Assembly (NCBI GenBank): GCA_965204735.1
Contig: OZ242008.1
Location: 904,191-968,190 of the forward strand
Direction: 5' to 3'
From: Longimicrobiales bacterium
GTDB lineage: Bacteria > Gemmatimonadota > Gemmatimonadetes > Longimicrobiales > Gaopeijiaceae
DNA length: 64,000 nt
A program made the translations under genes and the position numbers. Positions 27,339-35,511 of this stretch are shown in pieces. The notes beneath the pieces were generated by a model that did no database searches, was not told the DNA's origin, and was given only the letters and a program-made list of their open reading frames with translations. The first letter of the stretch is position 1. Each line of letters starts with the position of its first letter.

Positions 27339-28148
27339 ATGGGCGACGAGTACTCGATCCTGTCCGAGAATCGAATGAGACCGACAACGCTGTTCCTTGC
27401 GTGGCAGGACAAGCGTGAACGGAGATGGTTTCCGGTGGGCAGGCTGGATGCCGATGGAGGACGTTCGCAGTACGTCTTCCGCTACACGCATGGTGCCGGC
27501 ATCGCGAAGCGAGACAGCGGATTCGCCCCTCTGTACGACTTTCCTCGTCTCGAGGACGTATACGAATCTCGTCGTCTGTTCCCGCTGTTCGAGAATCGAG
27601 TCATGAACCGGGGAAGAAGAAGCTTTCGAGACTACCTCGAGCTCTTGGCCATCGAGAACCCCGACCCGGACCCATTGGAGATCTTGGCGATTGACGGGGG
27701 ACGCCGAATGACCGACAACTTCGAGGTGTTTCCGAAGATCGAGAAGAGCGACGACGGTGAGTTTCGTTGCCGCTTCTTGCTCCATGGCTCCCGGCACGTC
27801 AGCCGTCCGGCGCAGGAGCGGCTGCTCAGGCTGGCGGAAGGAGAACGGCTGCACGTGGCCCTCGAGCTTACCAATCCGGCCATGCCACTCGCGGTCCAGC
27901 TTCAAACCGAAGACTACCACATGATCGGGTGGGCGCCTCGATACTTGGTCGCCGACTTGGCCGAGGCGATGGCTCACGCCCCGACCGAGTACAAGGCCAA
28001 TGTGGTCAGGACCAGCACAGAGGCGCTGTTCAAGCACAGCGTGTTGATCGAACTGAGCGGCTGCTGGCCCGAAGAGCACGAGCCCATGTCGTCCGAGAGC
28101 TATCAGCTGCTGGGCGGGGACGAGGAGGACGCGCTTCCATGGACCTGA
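27339..28148 (+). CDS. HIRAN-like domain protein with uncharacterised N-terminal domain
   Basis: The C-terminal half 'LHGSRHVSRPAQERLLRLAEGERLHVALELTNPAMPLAVQLQTEDYHMIGWAPRYLVADL' fits the HIRAN pattern (G-x-R-x...L..GE.L.L..E..NP.D..A..V...G..IG..PR). GC is lower than in the flanks. Confidence 0.45.
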   Translation: MGDEYSILSENRMRPTTLFLAWQDKRERRWFPVGRLDADGGRSQYVFRYTHGAGIAKRDSGFAPLYDFPRLEDVYESRRLFPLFENRVMNRGRRSFRDYLELLAIENPDPDPLEILAIDGGRRMTDNFEVFPKIEKSDDGEFRCRFLLHGSRHVSRPAQERLLRLAEGERLHVALELTNPAMPLAVQLQTEDYHMIGWAPRYLVADLAEAMAHAPTEYKANVVRTSTEALFKHSVLIELSGCWPEEHEPMSSESYQLLGGDEEDALPWT

Positions 28149-28915
28149 AGCTCCAAGGCAAAGTCGCCGCCGTGACCGGGGCCAGCCGAGGGCTGGGCTT
28201 CGCGATCGCGCGTTCTCTGGCGCAGGAAGGCGCGACGCTGGCGATCTGCGCCCGCGACGCTGGCGGGCTGGAGGCTGCCGCCGAGAGGCTTCGCCAGACG
28301 GGCGCCCAGGTGCTTGCGGTCCCGGCCGACGTCGCCGAAGGGGCCGCCGCCGGGCAGTTCGTGACGGCCGCCGCCGAGCGGTGGGGCAGGTTGGACGTGC
28401 TGGTCAACAATGTGGGCGGCAACCGTCGCGGCACGTTCGAGCAGACGACCGACCAGGACTGGCTGGAGATTGTCGAGCTCAACGTCTTGTCGGCGTTTCG
28501 GGCCAGTCGCAGCGCCATTCCCTGGATGCGGAAGGAAGGCGGGGGCGCAATCGTCTTCGTGTCGTCGGTCTTCGGACGGGAGAAGGGCGGTCCGGGGCTG
28601 TCGGTCTACAACACGACCAAGTCGGCGCTCATCTCCGCCGCCGGCATCATGGCGCTGGAGCTTGCTCCCGAAGGCATTCGCGTGAACTGCGTCGCCCCCG
28701 GCTCCATACGGTTCGAAGGGGGCAGCTGGGACAAGCGAGTCAAGGCGGATCCGGAAGGAATGAAGAAGTTCGTCGAGGCGAACCTGCCTCTTGGACGCTT
28801 CGGCCGGGCGGAAGAGGTGGGCGACATGGTGGCGTTCCTGGCGTCGGACCGGGCCAGTCTGATCACGGGAGCATGCGTTCCCGTGGACGGTGCCCAGGGA
28901 AGGTCGCTGGTGTAG
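28139..28915 (+). CDS. SDR-family oxidoreductase (FabG-like)
   Basis: It has 'GKVAAVTGASRGLGFAIA' (TGxxxGxG), 'NNVG', 'SSVFG...YNTTKSAL' (S/Y/K triad) and 'PGSIRF'. Confidence 0.85.
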   Translation: MDLKLQGKVAAVTGASRGLGFAIARSLAQEGATLAICARDAGGLEAAAERLRQTGAQVLAVPADVAEGAAAGQFVTAAAERWGRLDVLVNNVGGNRRGTFEQTTDQDWLEIVELNVLSAFRASRSAIPWMRKEGGGAIVFVSSVFGREKGGPGLSVYNTTKSALISAAGIMALELAPEGIRVNCVAPGSIRFEGGSWDKRVKADPEGMKKFVEANLPLGRFGRAEEVGDMVAFLASDRASLITGACVPVDGAQGRSLV

Positions 28916-28917
28916 CT

Positions 28918-28942
28918 CTAATCTAACCTAACCTAACCTAAC
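28918..28942. repeat. Pentanucleotide microsatellite (CTAAC)x4 plus one degenerate unit
   Basis: The sequence ctaat-ctaac-ctaac-ctaac-ctaac lies directly after the SDR stop, at the left edge of the low-GC island. Confidence 0.9.
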
Positions 28943-29093
28943 TTGACAGCACGTTACGCTCCCTCCGTTGGCGGATGGACAGGTCGCAAGGCGCTCAGGC
29001 CCGCGTCCAACGATTGCCGATCAGGTACTGCGAGGATCCGCGACTCCAGGACCTCCCAAACATCGCCGGCACGGGCCCTGCGACTCGCCCAGA

Positions 29094-32009
29094 TCAGTCA
29101 TCATCGATCAGCCCGAGTTCCCGGAGCGGTTCCAGGACACCGTTTTCCAGCTTGGCCTTGTCGAGCGCACCTTTCGCCTCGACGTTGATGGAGATCCTGT
29201 CGGCCAAGGCCGCGAGGTTGGCGAGAGCGTTCCACGCGCCGTAGAGGGTGTCCCGATCTGCGCTGAACGAAAGAGCGACAGCGTCCGCATCCAGGGTGGC
29301 CGGCGTCGTCGAAGCACTTGGCTCGGGGCTGTCCGGCGTCTCGCGTACCAACCCGGTGCTGAGCTCGGGGCTCGACCAAAGTTCCGCTCCGTCAACAGCT
29401 TCGGGCTGAGCGGGAAGCGCGGCCGGGAGGATCAAGAACCCCGAATCGAGATCGATTTCGTCCTCGGCTACGCCGCGGTCGAAGGCGACTTGGCTCGTGT
29501 CGATTCGATAACGGCCGTCCTCGCCAAGGGTCGGTCGGCCCGTGAAGTAGCCGAAGAAGCTGTTCTCGACGCCACGGGCGATGGCTCTGCGCACCACGTT
29601 GCCGGAAAGCAAGCGCGGGAAGCCAAGGAAGGAGAAGAACCCGGCAACCACCCGGGAGGTCGGAATTCCCGGCTCGGCGGATTCGACTTCTCCCAACCTG
29701 AACAGCTCGACGATCTTCCCCGGTGCCACGTCTTCGAAGACTCTGCGGTGCACCATCGTCAGCAGCTCCATCATGCGATCGTGGATCCGGGCGCGCTTCT
29801 TCTCGTCGAGGGTCGTCTGGAGCGGCCGACCTCTCATGCCGACGGCGTCCAACGACAGCGAACCGCTGTCCGTCGTCGGCAGCCGGATTTCTTCGTACAA
29901 CTTAAGCATCGCGGATTCGACCGCCGTTCTTTCGGTGGCGTCTCGTTCTCTGAGCTGACCCCTCTGCGCATCTGTAAGGTTGTGCTGCCGCCACCTCTGC
30001 AGGACCCGTTCGACGGCCGTCAGGTAGCGGACAGAGCGGCGAAGGCTCTCGACTTGGTCAGCCGACGGCACGGCGAGTCCAAGGCCATTGCGGAATTCGC
30101 GGGTACGGTTCCCGTGGTTCTCACAGAGATCTCTAGCTGTTTCTTTTTGCTCCCCCGTGGACTTGGCTGCGAACTCGAGCGGCAGATACGCGATCAGGAA
30201 CCGAGATTCCTGGTCTGGTACGTCCGCCGATGTGGCCGGCCACACGATCGCCGAGCGCTGGCCCGCAAGCCTCTCTTCGATCAGCGTCTTTATCTTGGTC
30301 CTGATACGGCCCTCGTCCCGGCCCACCGCTTCGGCTTCCTGCTCGACCAGCAACGTGACGTTGGGGTCCCGCTTGAAGCAGTACCGAACGCCGTCGAAGT
30401 GCAGGTAGAGACACTGTTCCTTGAGCTCCTTGAGACAGGCCTGAACGGTGGTGCTGTCGAGGTCTGGACCGACGCCGATGCTCAGCAGGTCGGGCTCGCT
30501 GATCCCGGGCGGCAACAGATCGCCGGCCGTGTCTTCCGAGCGGCGCAGGCCGCCGAAGGAATACATCAGCATGCATGTTGCCAGACGGGTAGCCGAGTGC
30601 TTGCCGGCCTCGGAGGTCACCTCCCGCGCGCGTCGGTCGTCGATCCGGCGGGTGCGAGCGTTTGTGCCGACGAAGTCATGCTCCAGACAAGCCTGAAAAT
30701 CCTCCCGCTGTCCGACCTCTTTGAAGAAGGCGAGGCGTACATCCGCGTCGTGCACGGGAACGTCGCCCGGGCCGAGCAAGAGGCGCGAGCTGCCGGCACG
30801 GTGAGCAGCGCGCAGGCAGGAAGCGAGAAACCGCAGGGCACCGCGAGTTCTCTGGAAATCGGGAATGGCCGCCCAACGCTCCCGCATCACGTCGATCAGG
30901 GCCGGATGGAATGGATAGGAAGACTGGATGCGATTCTGGAGCACCAAGCCGTCCTCTTCCGCCTGCTGCCGTTCCGACTCGCCGTGCGCTCGGGCGCGCC
31001 GCATCTGAGTGACTACGTCTCCGTAAGCCTTGGCGACGCTTCCCGCCACTTCCCGGTCCGGGGCTCCAGCCAGTAGCCGCCGCTGGATCACATTCAGGAT
31101 CTCGTTGCCCTCGACGGGCTCCCGCCGCTGGTCCTTGCGCGCCGCGAGATGCTCCACTGTGCGGAGCAGGCCCGTGTACTCGAGGGATTCGCGGTTGCTC
31201 GACTGCAACGAGTATACGAGCACCGCGTTATCCACGTTGCCGACCGCGACCGTAAGGCGTTTCAGAAATGAAAGCGTCTCGTCCCGAAGGGTGGTCTGCT
31301 CGATGCGCACCCCGCCAGCGCTAATGAGGTACTCCAGAACCTCGTCCAGGAGGATCAGGCTCGGGCCGTGCTTGAGCAGCTCGATGATCTGGTCTCCGCC
31401 TGGAGCAACTCGGCTATTGTCGTGCTCCCGGACGATCTCGTAGCCTTCCCGGCCCGCAAGTGCCCAAGCGATCCACCCCCAGACGGTCTTCGCGACGAAG
31501 CTCTCCTGCGGCACACGCTTTCCGACTCGAGCGTCAAAGAACTGCCCGTCGACGACTGCCACCCGTACTCCCTCCGGCCGCGGAAGTCCCGTTGCCTCCG
31601 GCAGTGCATCCAGGGCGGCCCTTGATCGGGCGCTGTGTAGCAGCGCGGCCAGCGTGTGCGACTTACCTCCGCCGAACGGTGTCAGCAACTTGAGCACGCG
31701 GTTGCCCTGGGAGCCTGCCAGCCGTCCCAGCACGTCCTCAAGCAGTGACTTCAGGCCGCCGGTAAGGTACGATGTCCCGAAGAAGCTGTCGGCGTCCCGG
31801 TAGACGACCGGAACACGTGGCAACGCCGAAGTCGGAACCTCGAGGTCCCTTCCTATCAGGTGGTCGGCCAGTGCCCCCAGGTCGAGTGCGAAGACGTCCT
31901 CCGAGAATTCTTCCGAGAGCACGTCAGGGTGCAGGTCTACGCATTGCAGCCAGGGTCGCCTAGCTACGTCCATGACTGTCGTTCTCCTGTGTTTAGGTTG
32001 GCTGGCCAT
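29094..32009 (-). CDS. DUF499-family P-loop ATPase
   Basis: Walker A is 'LTPFGGGKSHTLAAL' and Walker B is 'SLILLDEVLEY'. At 971 aa its N-terminal layout is typical of DUF499. RBS ggagaggg lies between the PIWI stop and ATG 32009. Confidence 0.75.
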   Translation of the reverse strand: MASQPKHRRTTVMDVARRPWLQCVDLHPDVLSEEFSEDVFALDLGALADHLIGRDLEVPTSALPRVPVVYRDADSFFGTSYLTGGLKSLLEDVLGRLAGSQGNRVLKLLTPFGGGKSHTLAALLHSARSRAALDALPEATGLPRPEGVRVAVVDGQFFDARVGKRVPQESFVAKTVWGWIAWALAGREGYEIVREHDNSRVAPGGDQIIELLKHGPSLILLDEVLEYLISAGGVRIEQTTLRDETLSFLKRLTVAVGNVDNAVLVYSLQSSNRESLEYTGLLRTVEHLAARKDQRREPVEGNEILNVIQRRLLAGAPDREVAGSVAKAYGDVVTQMRRARAHGESERQQAEEDGLVLQNRIQSSYPFHPALIDVMRERWAAIPDFQRTRGALRFLASCLRAAHRAGSSRLLLGPGDVPVHDADVRLAFFKEVGQREDFQACLEHDFVGTNARTRRIDDRRAREVTSEAGKHSATRLATCMLMYSFGGLRRSEDTAGDLLPPGISEPDLLSIGVGPDLDSTTVQACLKELKEQCLYLHFDGVRYCFKRDPNVTLLVEQEAEAVGRDEGRIRTKIKTLIEERLAGQRSAIVWPATSADVPDQESRFLIAYLPLEFAAKSTGEQKETARDLCENHGNRTREFRNGLGLAVPSADQVESLRRSVRYLTAVERVLQRWRQHNLTDAQRGQLRERDATERTAVESAMLKLYEEIRLPTTDSGSLSLDAVGMRGRPLQTTLDEKKRARIHDRMMELLTMVHRRVFEDVAPGKIVELFRLGEVESAEPGIPTSRVVAGFFSFLGFPRLLSGNVVRRAIARGVENSFFGYFTGRPTLGEDGRYRIDTSQVAFDRGVAEDEIDLDSGFLILPAALPAQPEAVDGAELWSSPELSTGLVRETPDSPEPSASTTPATLDADAVALSFSADRDTLYGAWNALANLAALADRISINVEAKGALDKAKLENGVLEPLRELGLIDDD

Positions 32010-32025
32010 CGGTCCGACCCTCTCC

Positions 32026-35000
32026 TTACAGGAACCATGGCGTGTTCTCCAGCGACGGGTGCAGCTCGAACGGTTCCGACTGTCGCAAGAACGCCGCGGT
32101 CAAATAGGCGATGTCCTTGGCGTACTTGAGTGTTATTGGCTCTCCACAAAACGCGTCGGTGGACGCCCAGTTCAGCTTCGTAAGGCTCAACACCTGAAGC
32201 GCCAGCACCCGCAAGTCCGGCCGACTGCCACGGTCGTTCGGTCTCTCAATCCATGCTGCTACCTCCAGTGGTCTTGCCGTCCCCATCATGCGACGAAACG
32301 GATTGTAACCTGTGGTGGACAGGTATAGCTTGTTGGTACCCACCTCAACGTAACTCCCTCGACGAAGGCTCCCATCCGTCTCCGGCCTATCATCGTAAAA
32401 GCGAACGTTGTGATGGGAATTGACCGAGACGAAAGCAAAGGTGCCCTCCGGGCGAACAGTTCGCGCCGATCGAAGAATCGCCTTCCGGTCGGCTCGTGCA
32501 AACTTCGCTGAATACTGGAACACCACGCGGGGAGTCGACGACAGTTGGGAATCTAGCCTCTTCAACACATCCTTGGCCAACTCGGCGAGGCGGAGATGTC
32601 GATCCTCAAAGTCAAAATAAGATGTGTTGCCCCGGTAAAACTCCCATCTTCCATATTGGTTGAACACGCTAGCAAAACCCATGATCCGACGGCCATCTCT
32701 GGACTGCGTGTAGGACAACCCCACAAAAAAATCCGCCTCTGGAATCGCATCCGGCAATACCCACGGCCGGACGCCGCACTTTGCACAAATGTTCAAGGCT
32801 AGATTCAGATCTTTCCAATCTGGATTCTCAAGCGTTGGCGTGTCGACCATCTGACATGGTACGCCTCGTTCCAACAGCAGTCTCTTATTGACGTAGTACG
32901 GTGCCAGGTGGTCGTCTCGAGCATATCCCTCTTCGGGGGTATGGACAAGGAAAATGGATCTAGGATGAAGGTTGGCTCGACTCCTCTGTCGCTGATGCAA
33001 GAGACGTTCAAGTTCTGCATGAATATCATCAACATGGCTCACCGTAGCAATCCCCGAATACCAGAATTTTGTCGCAAACGTTCGTTCGGAGCCGCGATAC
33101 TTGTACCGACCTCCAATCAAACGTTCGATCAGGCCTTCCATTCCTTGACGGACTGCAGTCAGACAAACCGGTACAAGCTCAATCTCCTGTGGGTCATCGC
33201 CATAGGAGCCATACTGTGTGATGCCGGCCCGGACATCCGGTGACAGCTGGCGCTGCCGAAACTCCACTTCCGGCTCTGGGAGTCGCCGAACGGTCAGTTC
33301 CTTTTCCGAAGGTCGCAGTCGTTCGGAAAGTCGAATCGGGTTGGTAGCGATATCGACGTCAAGATCGCAACATCGCAAAGGAAACAACTTGTCCGACAGA
33401 TATTTCACGCTTGCCAGAATCTTTTGAGCCCTCTCCCTAGCGGAACCCGGTCTCGTAACCAAGCTATGCTCTCGAATCGCAGCGGCAAGATCGAACGACG
33501 GTTCCTCCTTGTGCAGCATAGACTTCAACATCTCCACAGTGCAAATGGGAATGACGTCACTGATAGGGATAGTTTCTACCGTGCCGGTGTCAAGGAATCG
33601 TACTTCCGCAAACTCATCGTTAAATCCAGACAGATGTCCCCTGCGCCACTGTCCATTGTTTGCTATGCAACGATGGCCATCAAGTCTGGCTCGTGCAAAA
33701 TGCTGCTTCACAACCGTGAGATTTCTTACGTTGAGAGCAACGCATCTGTAATCGATACACAAATAGAAGCGTTGACCATACTGCCGGACCTGAAATTCGT
33801 ATGCCGGATAGAGTCGCACAATAGACCTCACCCCAACCGGTGTGCCGATCTCAGTGCGCCTCATGTGTGCAAGTATTCTGCTGAATCCATCTCGGTGTAT
33901 GAACCATCCATTTCCTTCTAACGCATCGCGAAGCGTTCGCACAAGCTGCCCATAACGTGATCCAAATACCTCATACCCTACCACGTTGTCCTGTTGCCGA
34001 AATCTCAACAGAAACAAATTGCTGAATTCCGTTGCGTTATCGTTGTTTGCCGCCGCTAGGAGCGCGGCTTCGCGCTCTTCCGCCCTGTTCTCAATCTGGA
34101 TCAATGTCTCGTTCGAAAGGAGACGATATGAGGGAGCCGGCAACCCGAGGGTCTCCATCGCCGTAACCATCTGCTTCGTGCCCTCGCTAATGGCCTGCAC
34201 ATAGGCCACACCACTCGGATCTCTCATTAGCTTCAGCCATTCTAGAAGCTTAGTATTCCTAGGCATCGAATCAAGTATGACGTCTGCCAACGAAAAACGC
34301 GGTGGTGGATCAGTGTCTCGCTGAATTATCCGGCCTGGATTCTTCACCACGAATGCATCCGTGTACGCCTCGCATTCAATCGGCACCCCGGTTCGATAGT
34401 CCCTATGCGCTAAGGCGTTCACGAGTGCTTCGTCAATGACGGTATAAGGAAATTCGGGCTCTTCGACGAAGCCACCGGTTGGCCGTCGCTTTTGATAGCG
34501 CTTAAAGAATGCGGACTCTCTGAAGAATGTCCTCGCCTCCCGGATCTGTTTCGTAACCGGACCTGTGAATTTTTGATCGAATGTCGGGAGACCACGTCTG
34601 GCATGGTCGTTGACCACCACTCCAAACCGCATTAGGCGAATGTGAGCTGCCGGAAGGACACGTTGCGGATTTGATCCAAAGAACAGAAGTCCGGCATATG
34701 TAAACCAATAGTCGTCATCGCGGCGAACCAATGCACCTGCCTCATAGAGCAGTCGTTCATCCGAGAAGCGTCTGGTTGCATCGGGGGAAAACACCTTGCG
34801 AAATTCTTTCAGAACGTCATCCGAAAGATCTGCAGGATCGTAGGGGCAGCAGAACGCGTTCTCGAAGTCGGTAAGGTTTTTTCTGTCCCGAAGCCGATCA
34901 CGCATCGCCTGCGTGACCAGGACGTTTTGAGGTCCGCGTCGCTCCCAAGCCTTCGGCCTAGCCCGAAGCGTCTCGCAAATGGCATTGGTCGCATAGGGGG

Positions 35001-35511
35001 CAAATAACAGACAAATAGTGTTGCTTTGGTCGGAATCATCGCGACATTCGTAAAGTCTAGCTTCGACGGCCTGATTGTGAAGGAGGCTCCCAATGTCAGT
35101 GAGGCTGTTTTTCTGACCTTCTGTCAGGTGGTTGACGCCTGCGACGTTGCCGTTGGACTCAATTCCGATCACCAGCAACCCACCTCTAACGTTGCTGTTG
35201 GCGAAGGCCGAAATGGTCTCGGTGATTCCGTCCCGGAGCTTCTTCAGTTGGTTTGTGAGCTCCCTGGGAGGGCTCCCCTTGCGGCCCGCAGCCTTACGAT
35301 CGAAGTGCTGGCCCTCGAAATCGTCATCCGAGGACTGGGTCAAGAAGCCCCAGTGACTTGCGGGATCGTCGTAGACTGCCCGTGGGGAGGGTTCCATCAG
35401 CACTTCCTCTTCGTGGGACGCCCAAGACGGCAGAGCCGGAATCGCCCAAAGGTTGCGGGCTTGGCCGTGCGTTTCCACCACCGGCGGTTCGCCGCTCTCA
35501 TCGGTCGTCAT
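32026..35511 (-). CDS. Schlafen/AlbA_2 + HATPase_c_4 N-terminal module fused to a catalytically inactive prokaryotic Argonaute (MID-PIWI)
   Basis: AlbA_2 shows as 'FEGQHFDRK...ISAFANSNVRGGLLVIGIESNGNVAGV' and HATPase_c_4 as 'IDEALVNALAHRDYRTGVPIECEAYTDAFVVKNPGRI'. The MID pocket has 'YYVNK...CQMV...ICAKCG'. PIWI shows as 'LNLALNICAKCGVRPWVL', 'FFVGLSYTQ' (no catalytic Asp) and 'EPITLKYAKDIAYL'. The start is uncertain: 35586, 35511 or 35397, the last with RBS gaggaag. Confidence 0.8.
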   Translation of the reverse strand: MTTDESGEPPVVETHGQARNLWAIPALPSWASHEEEVLMEPSPRAVYDDPASHWGFLTQSSDDDFEGQHFDRKAAGRKGSPPRELTNQLKKLRDGITETISAFANSNVRGGLLVIGIESNGNVAGVNHLTEGQKNSLTDIGSLLHNQAVEARLYECRDDSDQSNTICLLFAPYATNAICETLRARPKAWERRGPQNVLVTQAMRDRLRDRKNLTDFENAFCCPYDPADLSDDVLKEFRKVFSPDATRRFSDERLLYEAGALVRRDDDYWFTYAGLLFFGSNPQRVLPAAHIRLMRFGVVVNDHARRGLPTFDQKFTGPVTKQIREARTFFRESAFFKRYQKRRPTGGFVEEPEFPYTVIDEALVNALAHRDYRTGVPIECEAYTDAFVVKNPGRIIQRDTDPPPRFSLADVILDSMPRNTKLLEWLKLMRDPSGVAYVQAISEGTKQMVTAMETLGLPAPSYRLLSNETLIQIENRAEEREAALLAAANNDNATEFSNLFLLRFRQQDNVVGYEVFGSRYGQLVRTLRDALEGNGWFIHRDGFSRILAHMRRTEIGTPVGVRSIVRLYPAYEFQVRQYGQRFYLCIDYRCVALNVRNLTVVKQHFARARLDGHRCIANNGQWRRGHLSGFNDEFAEVRFLDTGTVETIPISDVIPICTVEMLKSMLHKEEPSFDLAAAIREHSLVTRPGSARERAQKILASVKYLSDKLFPLRCCDLDVDIATNPIRLSERLRPSEKELTVRRLPEPEVEFRQRQLSPDVRAGITQYGSYGDDPQEIELVPVCLTAVRQGMEGLIERLIGGRYKYRGSERTFATKFWYSGIATVSHVDDIHAELERLLHQRQRSRANLHPRSIFLVHTPEEGYARDDHLAPYYVNKRLLLERGVPCQMVDTPTLENPDWKDLNLALNICAKCGVRPWVLPDAIPEADFFVGLSYTQSRDGRRIMGFASVFNQYGRWEFYRGNTSYFDFEDRHLRLAELAKDVLKRLDSQLSSTPRVVFQYSAKFARADRKAILRSARTVRPEGTFAFVSVNSHHNVRFYDDRPETDGSLRRGSYVEVGTNKLYLSTTGYNPFRRMMGTARPLEVAAWIERPNDRGSRPDLRVLALQVLSLTKLNWASTDAFCGEPITLKYAKDIAYLTAAFLRQSEPFELHPSLENTPWFL

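Noticed and set aside
24198-28079. A 1293-aa minus-strand ORF, the longest of a class that also includes 8141..10894(-), 20457..22994(-), 53715..56987(-), 47156..48697(-), 49279..51627(-) and 8665..10962(+).
   Set aside because: These ORFs lie antisense to, or in alternate frames of, genes with clear family motifs. Their translations are Arg/Pro/Gly/Ala-rich low-complexity strings with no recognisable domains. This is the expected stop-codon-poor artefact of roughly 70% GC DNA.
28918-28942. The (CTAAC)n/(GTTAG)n run as a telomere-like repeat or contig-end signature.
   Set aside because: There are only about 5 units, embedded between ordinary bacterial genes with continuous sequence on both sides. 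I treat it as a microsatellite that marks the island edge.
28943-28975. A TTGACA hexamer at 28943-28948 as a sigma70-type -35 element.
   Set aside because: No acceptable -10 hexamer lies 16-18 nt downstream, and the orientation would drive transcription antisense to the DUF499 gene.
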